DNA of 64,000 bases, taken from the IMG/VR virus record IMGVR_UViG_3300032235_000792. One strand, 5' to 3'. This document shows positions 1-8,994 of the stretch, in pieces. Both the position numbers and the translations under genes were made by a program. The DNA is from a virus. The notes beneath the pieces are model-generated. The model was not told the DNA's origin, made no database searches, and saw only the letters and a program-made list of their open reading frames with translations. Each line of letters begins with the position of its first letter. The first letter of the stretch is position 1.

Positions 1-1521
1 CAGCCTCCTTTGGCAACTAAAGATGGTGTGACTGTTGCTAAATCACTAGGTGTTGATAAGGCTGAATATAATACTATAATTGAAGCATGTAAAGAGATTT
101 GTATTAACACTGCTAAGGATGCAGGTGACGGAACTACTACAGCAATTGTGTTGGCCAATGCTATTACCCAGCATGGACAGTCTTTTGTAATAAACAATAA
201 GAAATATAACCCACAGCGCATAGTTAACGAGCTAGAAGATTTATATGATGATGTAATTGTCCCATACATCAAAGACAGATCAACTCCAGTGGATAGCGAT
301 TCTAAACTTAGAAGTGTTGCTACTATTTCTGCTAATGGCGATAAACGTATAGCTAATGTTGTTGTTGATGCTGTTTTAGCTGCAGGCGATGACGGTCATA
401 TTATTATAGAAGAAGCTCAAGGTGATGAGATGCGCGTTGAGACACTAGAAGGATATATCATTACCTCTGGACTAAAGGAGATAGGTCAACTTGGGCCTAT
501 GTTTATCAATGATAGGACAAATCAGCAATGCAAAATGGATAACGGATATGTCTTCTTATATAACGGAACGATCAATGACCTTAAGTCTTTGGCTTTTGTT
601 CAAGAAGCTATTGAAGGAACAGAGCTCTACGGATCACCATTGATGATTATTGCTCATGACTTTGCAGATACGGTACTAGACACTATTGCTAAGAACGTGA
701 AAGGTGGTATTACAATTTGTCCAGTTAAAACACCAAGATCTGGACTACCTAATTCAAGATCTGTCTTCTTAGAAGATATGTCCGCATATACAGGTGCAAA
801 AATATTTGACCCTTCTAACATAGAAGATATTGATAGTGAAGACTTTGGTAAATTTGTTTTTGCTAAGTCAAATACTTATGAAACGCTACTTATTGCAGAA
901 CCAGACGCTGATGTTATTGAACATAGGATTAAAGAACTAAAGGCTTTGGAAGATAATTGCCTTTCTGAATTAGATAAGATGCATGTTAGAGCTAATATTG
1001 CAAAATTGACAGGCGGTATTTCTACTATTTTCGTAGGCGGAGTTTCTGATCTTAAAGTAAGAGAAAGAAAAGCTCGAGTTGAAGATGCTGTTGAAGCTGT
1101 TAGATCTGCTATTGCTGAAGGTATTATCCCAGGTGGTTGTTTGATTCAGCTTGAGCTTGCTAACTTAATTGAAAATCATGTTGATAAAAAAGAATCTTGG
1201 GCTATTATGATAAATGCTTTGAGAGAACCGTTCAAACTCCTTCTCACTAATTGTGGAGAAGATCACGACGAGGTACTTGCACTACTACCTAAAGGCAAAG
1301 TGTTTGACGCCAACAATCACGCCATCGTTGATCCATTTGAAGCTGGTATTATTGAACCGGCTAAAGTAGCCAGGGTTGCAATTGGTAATGCTCTATCTGT
1401 TGCCTCTTTACTTATCACATGCGGTGGCATAGTCTGTGTTCCAAGGGACTCTCAGTTAGAAAATCAACTAGCCATGTCTAAACAAGCATTTAAGGATATG
1501 ATGAGTACATCTGGACAGTAA
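1..1521 (+). CDS. groEL: Phage chaperonin, GroEL/Cpn60-like (5'-truncated by window edge)
   Basis: Frame open from base 1 (QPPLATKDGVTVAK); motifs GDGTTTA, ATISANGD, AKLTGG, RVEDAVEAVRSAIAEGIIPGGC, GIIEPAKV. Confidence 0.93.
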   Translation, partial: QPPLATKDGVTVAKSLGVDKAEYNTIIEACKEICINTAKDAGDGTTTAIVLANAITQHGQSFVINNKKYNPQRIVNELEDLYDDVIVPYIKDRSTPVDSDSKLRSVATISANGDKRIANVVVDAVLAAGDDGHIIIEEAQGDEMRVETLEGYIITSGLKEIGQLGPMFINDRTNQQCKMDNGYVFLYNGTINDLKSLAFVQEAIEGTELYGSPLMIIAHDFADTVLDTIAKNVKGGITICPVKTPRSGLPNSRSVFLEDMSAYTGAKIFDPSNIEDIDSEDFGKFVFAKSNTYETLLIAEPDADVIEHRIKELKALEDNCLSELDKMHVRANIAKLTGGISTIFVGGVSDLKVRERKARVEDAVEAVRSAIAEGIIPGGCLIQLELANLIENHVDKKESWAIMINALREPFKLLLTNCGEDHDEVLALLPKGKVFDANNHAIVDPFEAGIIEPAKVARVAIGNALSVASLLITCGGIVCVPRDSQLENQLAMSKQAFKDMMSTSGQ

Positions 1522-1522
1522 T

Positions 1523-1990
1523 ATGAATTATATACGTGAAAAAATTAGAATAATAATTGCAGGCCTTGTCTTGGTATGTGTCGGTTTTGGTATTGGCTTT
1601 TTTAGTAAACCTACTAAGGTTACGACAAAAACTGAGATAAAAGAAGTTGTTAAATACGTAGAAAAAAAACAAGAGCGCAAAAATGTCAAAACTACTAAGA
1701 AAAAAATTATCAAAAAAGATGGAGAAGTTGTTGAAGAAGAGGTCACAGAAGATAAATCTGAAACAGATACTGAACTGTCCTCTTCTTCTAAAAAAGAATC
1801 AAAGAAAGAAGAGAAAAAGATAAACAACTCTGGTATCACTCTTAGTGCATTAATTTTAGCCAGAGATTTATCTGTTGATGAATACGAATTTGGTGTGGCT
1901 TTTTCTAAACGTGTTTTTAGTAATATATCTATGGGCGTTATTGCAACAGAAAAGAAAGCAGTTGGACTAACTATAGGTTTGGAATTCTAA
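1523..1990 (+). CDS. Membrane-anchored hypothetical protein (N-terminal TM, Lys/Glu-rich linker, C-terminal beta strands ending in Phe)
   Basis: ORF abuts groEL; hydrophobic IIIAGLVLVCVGFGIGFF; C-terminus GLTIGLEF. Confidence 0.7.
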   Translation: MNYIREKIRIIIAGLVLVCVGFGIGFFSKPTKVTTKTEIKEVVKYVEKKQERKNVKTTKKKIIKKDGEVVEEEVTEDKSETDTELSSSSKKESKKEEKKINNSGITLSALILARDLSVDEYEFGVAFSKRVFSNISMGVIATEKKAVGLTIGLEF

Positions 1991-2343
1991 TGCCAAAATA
2001 CACGTTTTCTTGTTTTAAATGTGGTAAGCTAATTCAGAAGTATGTCTCTGCGTCGCAGAGATTTAACGAATGTGAATGCGGTCAGGTAGTTGAGAGAAAC
2101 ATGCCAACCATATCTGGCACCAAAACTACAGAAACTGTAGATAAGTTACTTAATCGGAAGCACGTAGATAATCAAGTTGGTGCTTTGAAAGAAAGAAAAT
2201 TAGACTATTACTGGGAAGTCGAGGTTCCTAGGATGGTAGATTCTGGTATCTATTCTATAGAAACTATGTTAGAGCAGGGTTGGATTTTCTATAATGAAAA
2301 AGGCGAACTCACTACCAGAACCAAGCCGGTTCAAAAATCTTAG
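1990..2343 (+). CDS. FmdB-like zinc-ribbon protein
   Basis: MPKYTFSCFKCG...CECG N-terminal pattern; TAATG stop/start overlap. Confidence 0.7.
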   Translation: MPKYTFSCFKCGKLIQKYVSASQRFNECECGQVVERNMPTISGTKTTETVDKLLNRKHVDNQVGALKERKLDYYWEVEVPRMVDSGIYSIETMLEQGWIFYNEKGELTTRTKPVQKS

Positions 2344-2349
2344 TATAAT
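2342..2349 (+). promoter_or_regulatory. RGTATAAT promoter, overlapping upstream TAG stop; 6 nt to ATG 2356 (probably leaderless)
   Basis: AGTATAAT; no -35 hexamer; no SD before ATG. Confidence 0.6.
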
Positions 2350-2355
2350 TCTGCA

Positions 2356-2787
2356 ATGAAGCAGAAAAATTCTTTAAAATTACTATTACTTAGTTTAGTC
2401 ATTAGTTCATTACTACATTTTTTTTTCATATTAAAATACAGGTACACTGCTACTGACCCTGTTCAAAGTGAACAACACCAATCTAGAAATCAAGATCCAC
2501 CGCAAGATCTAGACGACGGCAAAACTTCAATCTGGGTTAGTCCTGGCGTAGTTCCATGTGATTCTTATGAGGGAATAGGCGTTCAGTTTAATGCTATAAC
2601 TGGTATTGTGACACATGTTGCTAGTAATGCACCTGCTGATAAAGCTGGTTTGCAAATTGGAGATGAACTTGTTACCCCACTTTGGAGCATGGAACTGGCT
2701 TTTGGTCAAAAAATTGATTTAGTTATTGTAAGAGATGGCAAGAGGCTTACTATGCCAGTAATTGTAGATAGGATCTGTCATCAATGA
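2356..2787 (+). CDS. Single-pass membrane protein with C-terminal PDZ domain
   Basis: N-terminal TM with SSLLH; YEGIGV...VTHVASNAPADKAGLQIGDEL...VRDGK PDZ signature. Confidence 0.8.
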   Translation: MKQKNSLKLLLLSLVISSLLHFFFILKYRYTATDPVQSEQHQSRNQDPPQDLDDGKTSIWVSPGVVPCDSYEGIGVQFNAITGIVTHVASNAPADKAGLQIGDELVTPLWSMELAFGQKIDLVIVRDGKRLTMPVIVDRICHQ

Positions 2788-4550
2788 AATTAATTAAAGT
2801 AGATATAAATAATATATTGTCTATTGAAAATGCTGAAGTAATATTTGGCGATACAGGGTTGGTTTTAGTTGAGGGACACGATTATGACACAGGTCGCGCA
2901 AATGGCGCCGGAAAGTCTGCTATATTTAACGCTATTTCGTTTGCTCTGTATGACCGTATCCCAAGAAGAATTACTAAATCTGAAATCGTTAGAAAAGGTG
3001 CAAAAGACGGATCTTGTTGTGTTACGTTGGGCGTTGATGATCGAGTATTCAAGGTTAAAAGGTCTAGACCCACATTAGTTGAGTTTTTTATAGATGACGT
3101 CAAAGTCGATATGACTCAAGAAGAGTTTGAGTCTAAGATTGGCTTAAACTATGACCAATTCGTATTAACTATGTACAATCCGCAAGATTCTAATGAACGT
3201 TTTCTTACGCTAAACGATTCTGATAAGAAAAATTTCTTATTGAAGATAATGAATCTTAATAAGTTTAATTCTGCCAAAGATACAGTTTCAGAAAAAATAA
3301 AGGATCTTTCTCAGCAGAGACTAATGATCCTCTCGAAGATAGAAACATATAAATCTAATATTAAGATCTACAAAGAGTCTCTAATTGACCCCACTGTTGT
3401 TCAACTGAGCATTGATCAGATAAATAGGGACATTGCTGCATATAACAAGGCTATAAAAGAATTAGAAAAGGTATTAGAGCCTGATTTGTCGAAATATGCA
3501 GAAACTGAATCTAAGATTCAGCAGAAGATCATATCTTTTGCTACAGCGAACGCTAATAGATCAGATGAGCTTAAGAAGTATAGAACTCTTGAGGCCAATT
3601 TAAAGCCGTTTGATCCTAGAAAACCAGATGCTTCGTGTCCAGTTTGCCGCGTGGAATTAAACATACAGGGCAAAACTCTAGCCAAAGTTGATGATATTGA
3701 AGCTTTAAAGCTGCAACATAACGCACATCAAGAAGAAATAAAATCAGAGATGTTGATAGTAAAACAGAACATAGATAAATACGATACAATTTTGTCTAAG
3801 CAAGATGAAGTTAATGCACTTGTTAATAAAATAAAAAATAAAAAACAAGAAGAATATAGAGATTATAGAGACGCTCAATCTAGTATATTTGAATATAAAA
3901 ATTCGATATCCATTAAAAACTCTCAATTAGGTGCACTAAATTCTCAGTTAGATAAAAATAACGACATCAAAGACAAGATACAAGAAATAGTAAATAATAC
4001 GAAAAATCTTAACGATAAGCTAGAGGGAGTAGATCTTGAACTGTCAATTCTCGGAGCTGTGGACTCGATTTTCGATTCAACTGGTGCTCCTGCTTATATT
4101 ATTGATTGCATCATCGATCTTATTAATGAGGCTGCTTCTTCAAATATTTGTGACATTTGGTCTAATGCTTCTTACACCATTAAGACTTATAAAGAGAATA
4201 AAGATAAAACGGTAAAGGCAAAAATATCAGAATCTTTAGTAATAGACGGGTCAGAGAGATCGATTGGTTCACTTTCTGGAGGTGAATTTAGGGCTCTTTC
4301 TCTACTTCTTGATTTTGCCATAATTGATGTACTAGGCTCTCAGTACAACGTGAACATAAATCCTATAATACTAGATGAACCATTTGACGGCCTAGATAAT
4401 CTAGGCAGAGAATTAATCATAGACCTACTGTCTAAAATCTCTCAAACTAGACAGATATGGGTAGTTGATCATGCATCTGAAGCCAAAAGTCTGTTTAATC
4501 AAGTAGTTAAAGTTGAAAAACGAAATGGCATATCTAATATAATTCAATAG
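2784..4550 (+). CDS. SbcC/Rad50-like recombination ATPase (T4 gp46-like)
   Basis: Walker A NGAGKS, coiled coil with CPVC zinc hook, LSGGE signature, ILDEPFDGLD Walker B/D-loop, H-loop VVDH. Confidence 0.93.
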   Translation: MKLIKVDINNILSIENAEVIFGDTGLVLVEGHDYDTGRANGAGKSAIFNAISFALYDRIPRRITKSEIVRKGAKDGSCCVTLGVDDRVFKVKRSRPTLVEFFIDDVKVDMTQEEFESKIGLNYDQFVLTMYNPQDSNERFLTLNDSDKKNFLLKIMNLNKFNSAKDTVSEKIKDLSQQRLMILSKIETYKSNIKIYKESLIDPTVVQLSIDQINRDIAAYNKAIKELEKVLEPDLSKYAETESKIQQKIISFATANANRSDELKKYRTLEANLKPFDPRKPDASCPVCRVELNIQGKTLAKVDDIEALKLQHNAHQEEIKSEMLIVKQNIDKYDTILSKQDEVNALVNKIKNKKQEEYRDYRDAQSSIFEYKNSISIKNSQLGALNSQLDKNNDIKDKIQEIVNNTKNLNDKLEGVDLELSILGAVDSIFDSTGAPAYIIDCIIDLINEAASSNICDIWSNASYTIKTYKENKDKTVKAKISESLVIDGSERSIGSLSGGEFRALSLLLDFAIIDVLGSQYNVNINPIILDEPFDGLDNLGRELIIDLLSKISQTRQIWVVDHASEAKSLFNQVVKVEKRNGISNIIQ

Positions 4551-4564
4551 TTTACCTATGGATT

Positions 4565-4617
4565 ATGGTATAATTAAGTACTGAAGGAGTACGCTGTCTA
4601 ACAGCTAATTATGCCAT
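4565..4617 (+). promoter_or_regulatory. TGGTATAAT promoter forming one arm of a 12-bp stem that pairs with the start-codon region of the next gene
   Basis: ATGGTATAATTA (4565-4576) complementary to TAATTATGCCAT (4606-4617, one G-U); two small internal hairpins. Confidence 0.65.
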
Positions 4618-6019
4618 GAGTAAGTCTATTAAGGAACTCTTAGAGGAAGTGAATTTAGAGCTAGATATAAGCTCTGAATATTCTTATGAGTTTCACTCTG
4701 AATTAATAAAAAATCAAGGCTCATCTAGTATCATGCTTAATAAATTCAAGAGCATGCTCAATCAGACTAACGACCCTGCCAAGCAGCGAATACTTAAAGA
4801 CATGATCTCCAAGGAAGAAGTTAGACTAAAGAAAGAACAAGAAGATTCTGCTAAAAAAGCAACAGAAGAAAAAGCATCTAAAGAGAAGACTTTAGCAGAA
4901 CAGGCTGAAGATAGAGAGAAATTAAAAAATACTCGTATGCTATCCTCTCCTCAAGAGTGGGAAGAGCAGAAGGCCATGGAAAGCCTTGTTGAAGACCCAT
5001 CTATGGCATCTGAAGTTGCTGCACAAAGAAGACAAAATACAAAAGATTGGTTTAAGCAAAAGTATCCAAAAGTATTCGCAGACAAAGAAAATAGAAAAAA
5101 AGCTCTTCAAGACATGGAAGACAGAGCTGCTGCTGAAAAAGAGAAGTCTAAATCTTACGATAAGGCAGTAGAGCAACATGACCCGGAGTCTCGTCCTGCA
5201 CATGCTACTAAAAAGAGGAGCGCATCTAGAATAATTCAGATGGGTGAAAGAAAAGGCGCAATGGAGAGAAAGTTTATAAATAGAGAGCAAGGCGCTGATC
5301 CAAAGCCTGAATTAAAAAACAAAATGGATGCAGAGCAGATAAGTGCTGTAAAAGACATAGTTGGAAAACCAAAAAAATCTGTAACATCAACTTCCGCTGA
5401 TTACGATAAATTCAAGACACCCTCACCAGAAGACAGGATTGTTAGTCAAATTAAGTCTGGATCGCCTCAAGAAAAGATTGCTGCATTAAAGGCGGCACGA
5501 CAAAAATTGATGGGATCAAGTTCTCAACCAGGACCGTCTGCACCTCAGATAACTCCAGAGGTTAAAAAATCATCTGATAATTTTGATTCTCTAGTCGATA
5601 AGTTAAATAACTTAAAAAAGGGAATGGCTAACTCTGGATTAGGTGGATTTGGAAGTGTTAAAGCAGGAGCGGTCCTTCCTAATAAAATTTCCATCCCTAA
5701 GTCTAGTAATAATTCTGCTGCATCTAAAGTTAAAATTCCTAATGTTGCCCCTCAAAGTAAGAAAGATCCAATGAGATCAATTGCTCAAACTCAAAACAAA
5801 GATATTAAAGATCTTAAGATGAAAGAGGCTAATGCTCACTTTGATAATCAAGTTATTAAATATGATACCAATGGACAGTGGAATCTTGAGAAAAGATGCT
5901 GGGAAGGGTATGAACCAGTCCCTGGTAAAAAAGCTTATTCTGAAGATTCTTGTAGGCCAGTAAAGAAGAAAAAATCTAAGAACAAAAGTCGATCATCTAA
6001 GGTTGATGATAGAAAATAA
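4616..6019 (+). CDS. Hypothetical, probable internal head protein with Lys-motif boundaries
   Basis: 467-aa charged low-complexity ORF; LIK-N, VKK-S, LKK-G, LEK-R sites; C-terminal CWEGYEPVPGKKAYSEDSC module. Confidence 0.65.
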   Translation: MSKSIKELLEEVNLELDISSEYSYEFHSELIKNQGSSSIMLNKFKSMLNQTNDPAKQRILKDMISKEEVRLKKEQEDSAKKATEEKASKEKTLAEQAEDREKLKNTRMLSSPQEWEEQKAMESLVEDPSMASEVAAQRRQNTKDWFKQKYPKVFADKENRKKALQDMEDRAAAEKEKSKSYDKAVEQHDPESRPAHATKKRSASRIIQMGERKGAMERKFINREQGADPKPELKNKMDAEQISAVKDIVGKPKKSVTSTSADYDKFKTPSPEDRIVSQIKSGSPQEKIAALKAARQKLMGSSSQPGPSAPQITPEVKKSSDNFDSLVDKLNNLKKGMANSGLGGFGSVKAGAVLPNKISIPKSSNNSAASKVKIPNVAPQSKKDPMRSIAQTQNKDIKDLKMKEANAHFDNQVIKYDTNGQWNLEKRCWEGYEPVPGKKAYSEDSCRPVKKKKSKNKSRSSKVDDRK

Positions 6020-6027
6020 AAGGGCAA

Positions 6028-6165
6028 ATGAAATATCTACATGAAAAAGAATATCAGTTGCATTTTGTTAAGCTTATATGTGCATTAATAATATTATCTG
6101 AACTAAAAAGAAAAACTGTAACTAAAGAATACGACAAACTAAGCTTTAGGAACGTACTTAATTAG
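6028..6165 (+). CDS. Small hypothetical protein (45 aa)
   Basis: MKYLHEKEYQLHF...RNVLN fills the intergenic gap; below ORF-track cut-off. Confidence 0.4.
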   Translation: MKYLHEKEYQLHFVKLICALIILSELKRKTVTKEYDKLSFRNVLN

Positions 6166-6169
6166 TTTA

Positions 6170-6195
6170 CTAAGTATAATTTGATTATAACTTAG
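6170..6195 (+). promoter_or_regulatory. AGTATAAT promoter inside a hairpin reaching the SD of phoH
   Basis: CTAAGT-ATAAT-TTG-ATTAT-A-ACTTAG followed by GAG (SD AGGAG). Confidence 0.55.
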
Positions 6196-6204
6196 GAGCA
6201 CTAG

Positions 6205-7485
6205 TTGAATAAAAAATTCGTATTAGATACCAATGTCATACTTTCAGACCCTCTCTGTATATACAAATTCGAAGACAATGAAGTACACATCCCCTTAATA
6301 GTTATTGAGGAAGTAGATAAGCATAAGAAAGGTCAAGAGGAAAAAGCCAGAAATGCCAGGACTTTTTCTAGAGAAATAGATGTATTGCGAGAGCAAGGTA
6401 AGTTGTCAGAGGGTGTAGAGTTAAGAAATGGTGGAAAACTTTTTTTAACTGTAGTAAAAGAAGCTGACGACCTACCTTTAGGTCTTGACTTAAAAATAAA
6501 TGATGACTTGATATTGTATACTGCGTTTAAAATTGGAGCAGTTGTTGTATCTCAGGACCTTAACGTCAGGCTTAAGGCTGATGCAATAGACGTACCTGCT
6601 GAAAATTATGAGGCTGGTAAAGTAAAAGTAGAAAACGATATTCTATATTCTGGTTATAAAGTTGAGTTCTTTACAACAGATGATATGTCTGATTTTAGGT
6701 CATCTAGGTTTCTTGCGTTTGAGAATGAATTTGATAATGAATACATTATTTTGAAAGACGAAGGGAATCCTAAAAGTTCAGCTCTAGGCAGATATTCTAA
6801 GGCAAAAGGTGGCATTGTTCCGCTCATAGCCTCAGACAATACTTGGGGAATAAACCCTAAAAATGCAGAACAAAGATTTGCATTAGACGCTCTTCTTAAC
6901 GATGATATCAAGCTTGTTTCATTAATTGGAAAAGCTGGAACTGGTAAGACGCTACTTGCGGTAGCGGCAGGTTTGACCAAAACTATAGAGTCTGGCACAT
7001 ACAAGAGAATGCTTATCTCGAGACCCGTCGTTCCAATGGGTAAAGATATTGGATATCTACCTGGCGATATAAAAGAAAAGCTAGATCCTTGGATGCAGCC
7101 GATTTATGACAACCTTGATCACTTATTTGGTGAACACGGAGAAGATAACCAACAATGGAAAGGACTTCTTGAGAGAGGTCTCATTAAGATAGAGGCACTT
7201 ACATACATAAGAGGTAGATCTATCCCATCTCAATACTTAATCGTAGATGAGGCCCAGAACCTTTCCCCACACGAGATCAAGACTATTGTAACTCGAGTTG
7301 GTGAAGGCACCAAGGTGGTTCTTACTGGTGACACTGATCAAATTGATAGTCCTTACTTAGATGCTATCAACAATGGTCTAACATACGTAGTAGACAGGTT
7401 GAAGCGTGAGGATATCGTTGCCCATGTTGAACTCAAGAAAGGCGAACGATCTAAGCTAGCAGATATAGCTACTAAGTTGCTCTAG
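6205..7485 (+). CDS. phoH: PIN-PhoH (PhoH2/YlaK-type) RNase-ATPase
   Basis: PIN: VLDTNV, EEVD, NDDLIL, SQDLNVRLKA; PhoH: GKAGTGKT, GYLPGD..EK, YIRGRS, IVDEAQN, TRVGEGTK..GD..QID; TTG start with AGGAG. Confidence 0.92.
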   Translation: MNKKFVLDTNVILSDPLCIYKFEDNEVHIPLIVIEEVDKHKKGQEEKARNARTFSREIDVLREQGKLSEGVELRNGGKLFLTVVKEADDLPLGLDLKINDDLILYTAFKIGAVVVSQDLNVRLKADAIDVPAENYEAGKVKVENDILYSGYKVEFFTTDDMSDFRSSRFLAFENEFDNEYIILKDEGNPKSSALGRYSKAKGGIVPLIASDNTWGINPKNAEQRFALDALLNDDIKLVSLIGKAGTGKTLLAVAAGLTKTIESGTYKRMLISRPVVPMGKDIGYLPGDIKEKLDPWMQPIYDNLDHLFGEHGEDNQQWKGLLERGLIKIEALTYIRGRSIPSQYLIVDEAQNLSPHEIKTIVTRVGEGTKVVLTGDTDQIDSPYLDAINNGLTYVVDRLKREDIVAHVELKKGERSKLADIATKLL

Positions 7486-7498
7486 TATAACTAGAGCA

Positions 7499-8143
7499 AT
7501 GAAGGCACTTATCATAGACCCAGCTAATTCAACTGGGTATTGCATATTAGATTTCGACGAACTGACTCAAATTGCTGAGATTATAGATTGGGGATTCATA
7601 GACGTAGATCAACATAACTATGCTGGTGATCAGTATATTGATCTAATAAGTAAAATAGAACATTTAATTGTTAAGCACAATATAAATAGAGTAGCTATCG
7701 AAGATTATTTCTTTAATCAAAGATCTGCCCAAGGATCTACTTTAAACTGCGCTTATAGAGCCGTTATTCACTTAAAATGTAGACAGCTTGGCTTGCACTA
7801 TGATATTCTAAATATCTCACTTTGGAAAAGTTTCGTAAATGGTAGAACAACGCCTACTAAAGATCAAAAAGCAAAGTGGGGTAAAGAACCTGCAAAGAAA
7901 TTAATGACACAAGAGTCTCTATATAAGCGATGGCAGATAAGATTCCCTAATCATTCCATATCTAATCTGACTAACAAACCTATAAAATTTAGATATGATA
8001 TAGTTGATGCTGTTGGTATGACTGTGTTTTTTGCTAGCATACATCTCCATGCAAAAATGATCAAGTATAGTATTCCTGTGAACGACATTGAATGGAAAAA
8101 AGAGCCTAAGGGCACATATGAATATGGAGGAAATAATGGCTAA
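7499..8143 (+). CDS. RuvC-like Holliday junction resolvase
   Basis: IIDPANSTG, VAIEDYF and DIVDAVG acidic RNase-H-fold motifs; AGTATAAC 7 nt upstream of ATG. Confidence 0.75.
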   Translation: MKALIIDPANSTGYCILDFDELTQIAEIIDWGFIDVDQHNYAGDQYIDLISKIEHLIVKHNINRVAIEDYFFNQRSAQGSTLNCAYRAVIHLKCRQLGLHYDILNISLWKSFVNGRTTPTKDQKAKWGKEPAKKLMTQESLYKRWQIRFPNHSISNLTNKPIKFRYDIVDAVGMTVFFASIHLHAKMIKYSIPVNDIEWKKEPKGTYEYGGNNG

Positions 8144-8426
8144 AAAGAAAACTAGTTGGGAAAAAGTTCTTACAGAATCTTGGGTTGCTAATAGAAAAAA
8201 TCTATCAGAAGAAGATGCTGAGAAAGAACTTGTAAGCGCAGAATTTGAAATTAAACAGTTGCTTCATGACAAAGAAAGTAATGAACAACTTAAGGCAGCT
8301 AAAGAAATTGTTAGCGATCTTAATGCTGGATTTAGCTCTGCTATTAAATATGAGAAAGCTAAAATTGATTTTCTTCTTGAACAAATTGAAAATGCTCGAG
8401 TTAAGAACAAAAATAAGGTGGAATAA
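8136..8426 (+). CDS. Hypothetical coiled-coil protein
   Basis: SD GGAGG before ATG 8136 (MAKKKTSWEK). Confidence 0.7.
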   Translation: MAKKKTSWEKVLTESWVANRKNLSEEDAEKELVSAEFEIKQLLHDKESNEQLKAAKEIVSDLNAGFSSAIKYEKAKIDFLLEQIENARVKNKNKVE

Positions 8427-8581
8427 TGATTACTCAAGAACAACTCTATACTATAGTTAATCTAGTTGATCTTCATTCTAGAACAATGGATCAAGAGATC
8501 AGTATGAAGTTAAAAGAATTAATTAATAACGTAATGGATGATTTGAACAATAGCGAGGTTAAGCATGAGCTTGAAAACTGA
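8426..8581 (+). CDS. Small hypothetical protein (51 aa)
   Basis: TAATG coupling, AAGGTGG SD, MITQEQLYTIVNLVDLHS... Confidence 0.55.
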   Translation: MITQEQLYTIVNLVDLHSRTMDQEISMKLKELINNVMDDLNNSEVKHELEN

Positions 8582-8903
8582 TTATCTAGATGGCTCTAAT
8601 GGTTTTACTCAACAGATGGCTGATGTATTTGCTCAAGGTGAACTGTTTGTTTCATCTAATTCCGTAGCGCTTGCTTCAGCTCTTCAGACAGCCGCATCTA
8701 AAGGGCAGAAAAAATTTACTGTAACAATAGAAACAACTTTTGAACCTGCTAATCTCAGGCTAAATGGTCTGCATCTTCAAACTTATTTAGCTGGAATTCA
8801 AGCTGCTCTTGCATCTGAAGACGTTTATAATTACGAAGTTACTCTAGCGCTAAACACATCTCTCCAGACCACTACAAGCATCGATTTTAACTTTTCTTTC
8901 TAG
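8565..8903 (+). CDS. Hypothetical protein
   Basis: GAGGT SD, 112 aa. Confidence 0.75.
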   Translation: MSLKTDYLDGSNGFTQQMADVFAQGELFVSSNSVALASALQTAASKGQKKFTVTIETTFEPANLRLNGLHLQTYLAGIQAALASEDVYNYEVTLALNTSLQTTTSIDFNFSF

Positions 8904-8917
8904 TATCAAGAAGCTAA

Positions 8918-8981
8918 TCCCTGCAATTTGTATAAATACGTTGCAGGGACACTTCCTCAATCCCCTCATTTTTTTTTGAGG
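8918..8981 (+). promoter_or_regulatory. Structured leader of the DNA polymerase gene with GTATAAATA promoter-like site
   Basis: TCCCTGCAA/TTGCAGGGA inverted repeat (8918-8949) enclosing GTATAAATA; CCTCA...TGAGG hairpin next to SD AAGGAG. Confidence 0.5.
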
Positions 8982-8994
8982 TCTAAGGAGCATC

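Noticed and set aside
8931-8938. T4 late promoter TATAAATA as the phage consensus
   Set aside because: Only this intergenic copy fits well; the recurring motif is RGTATAAT
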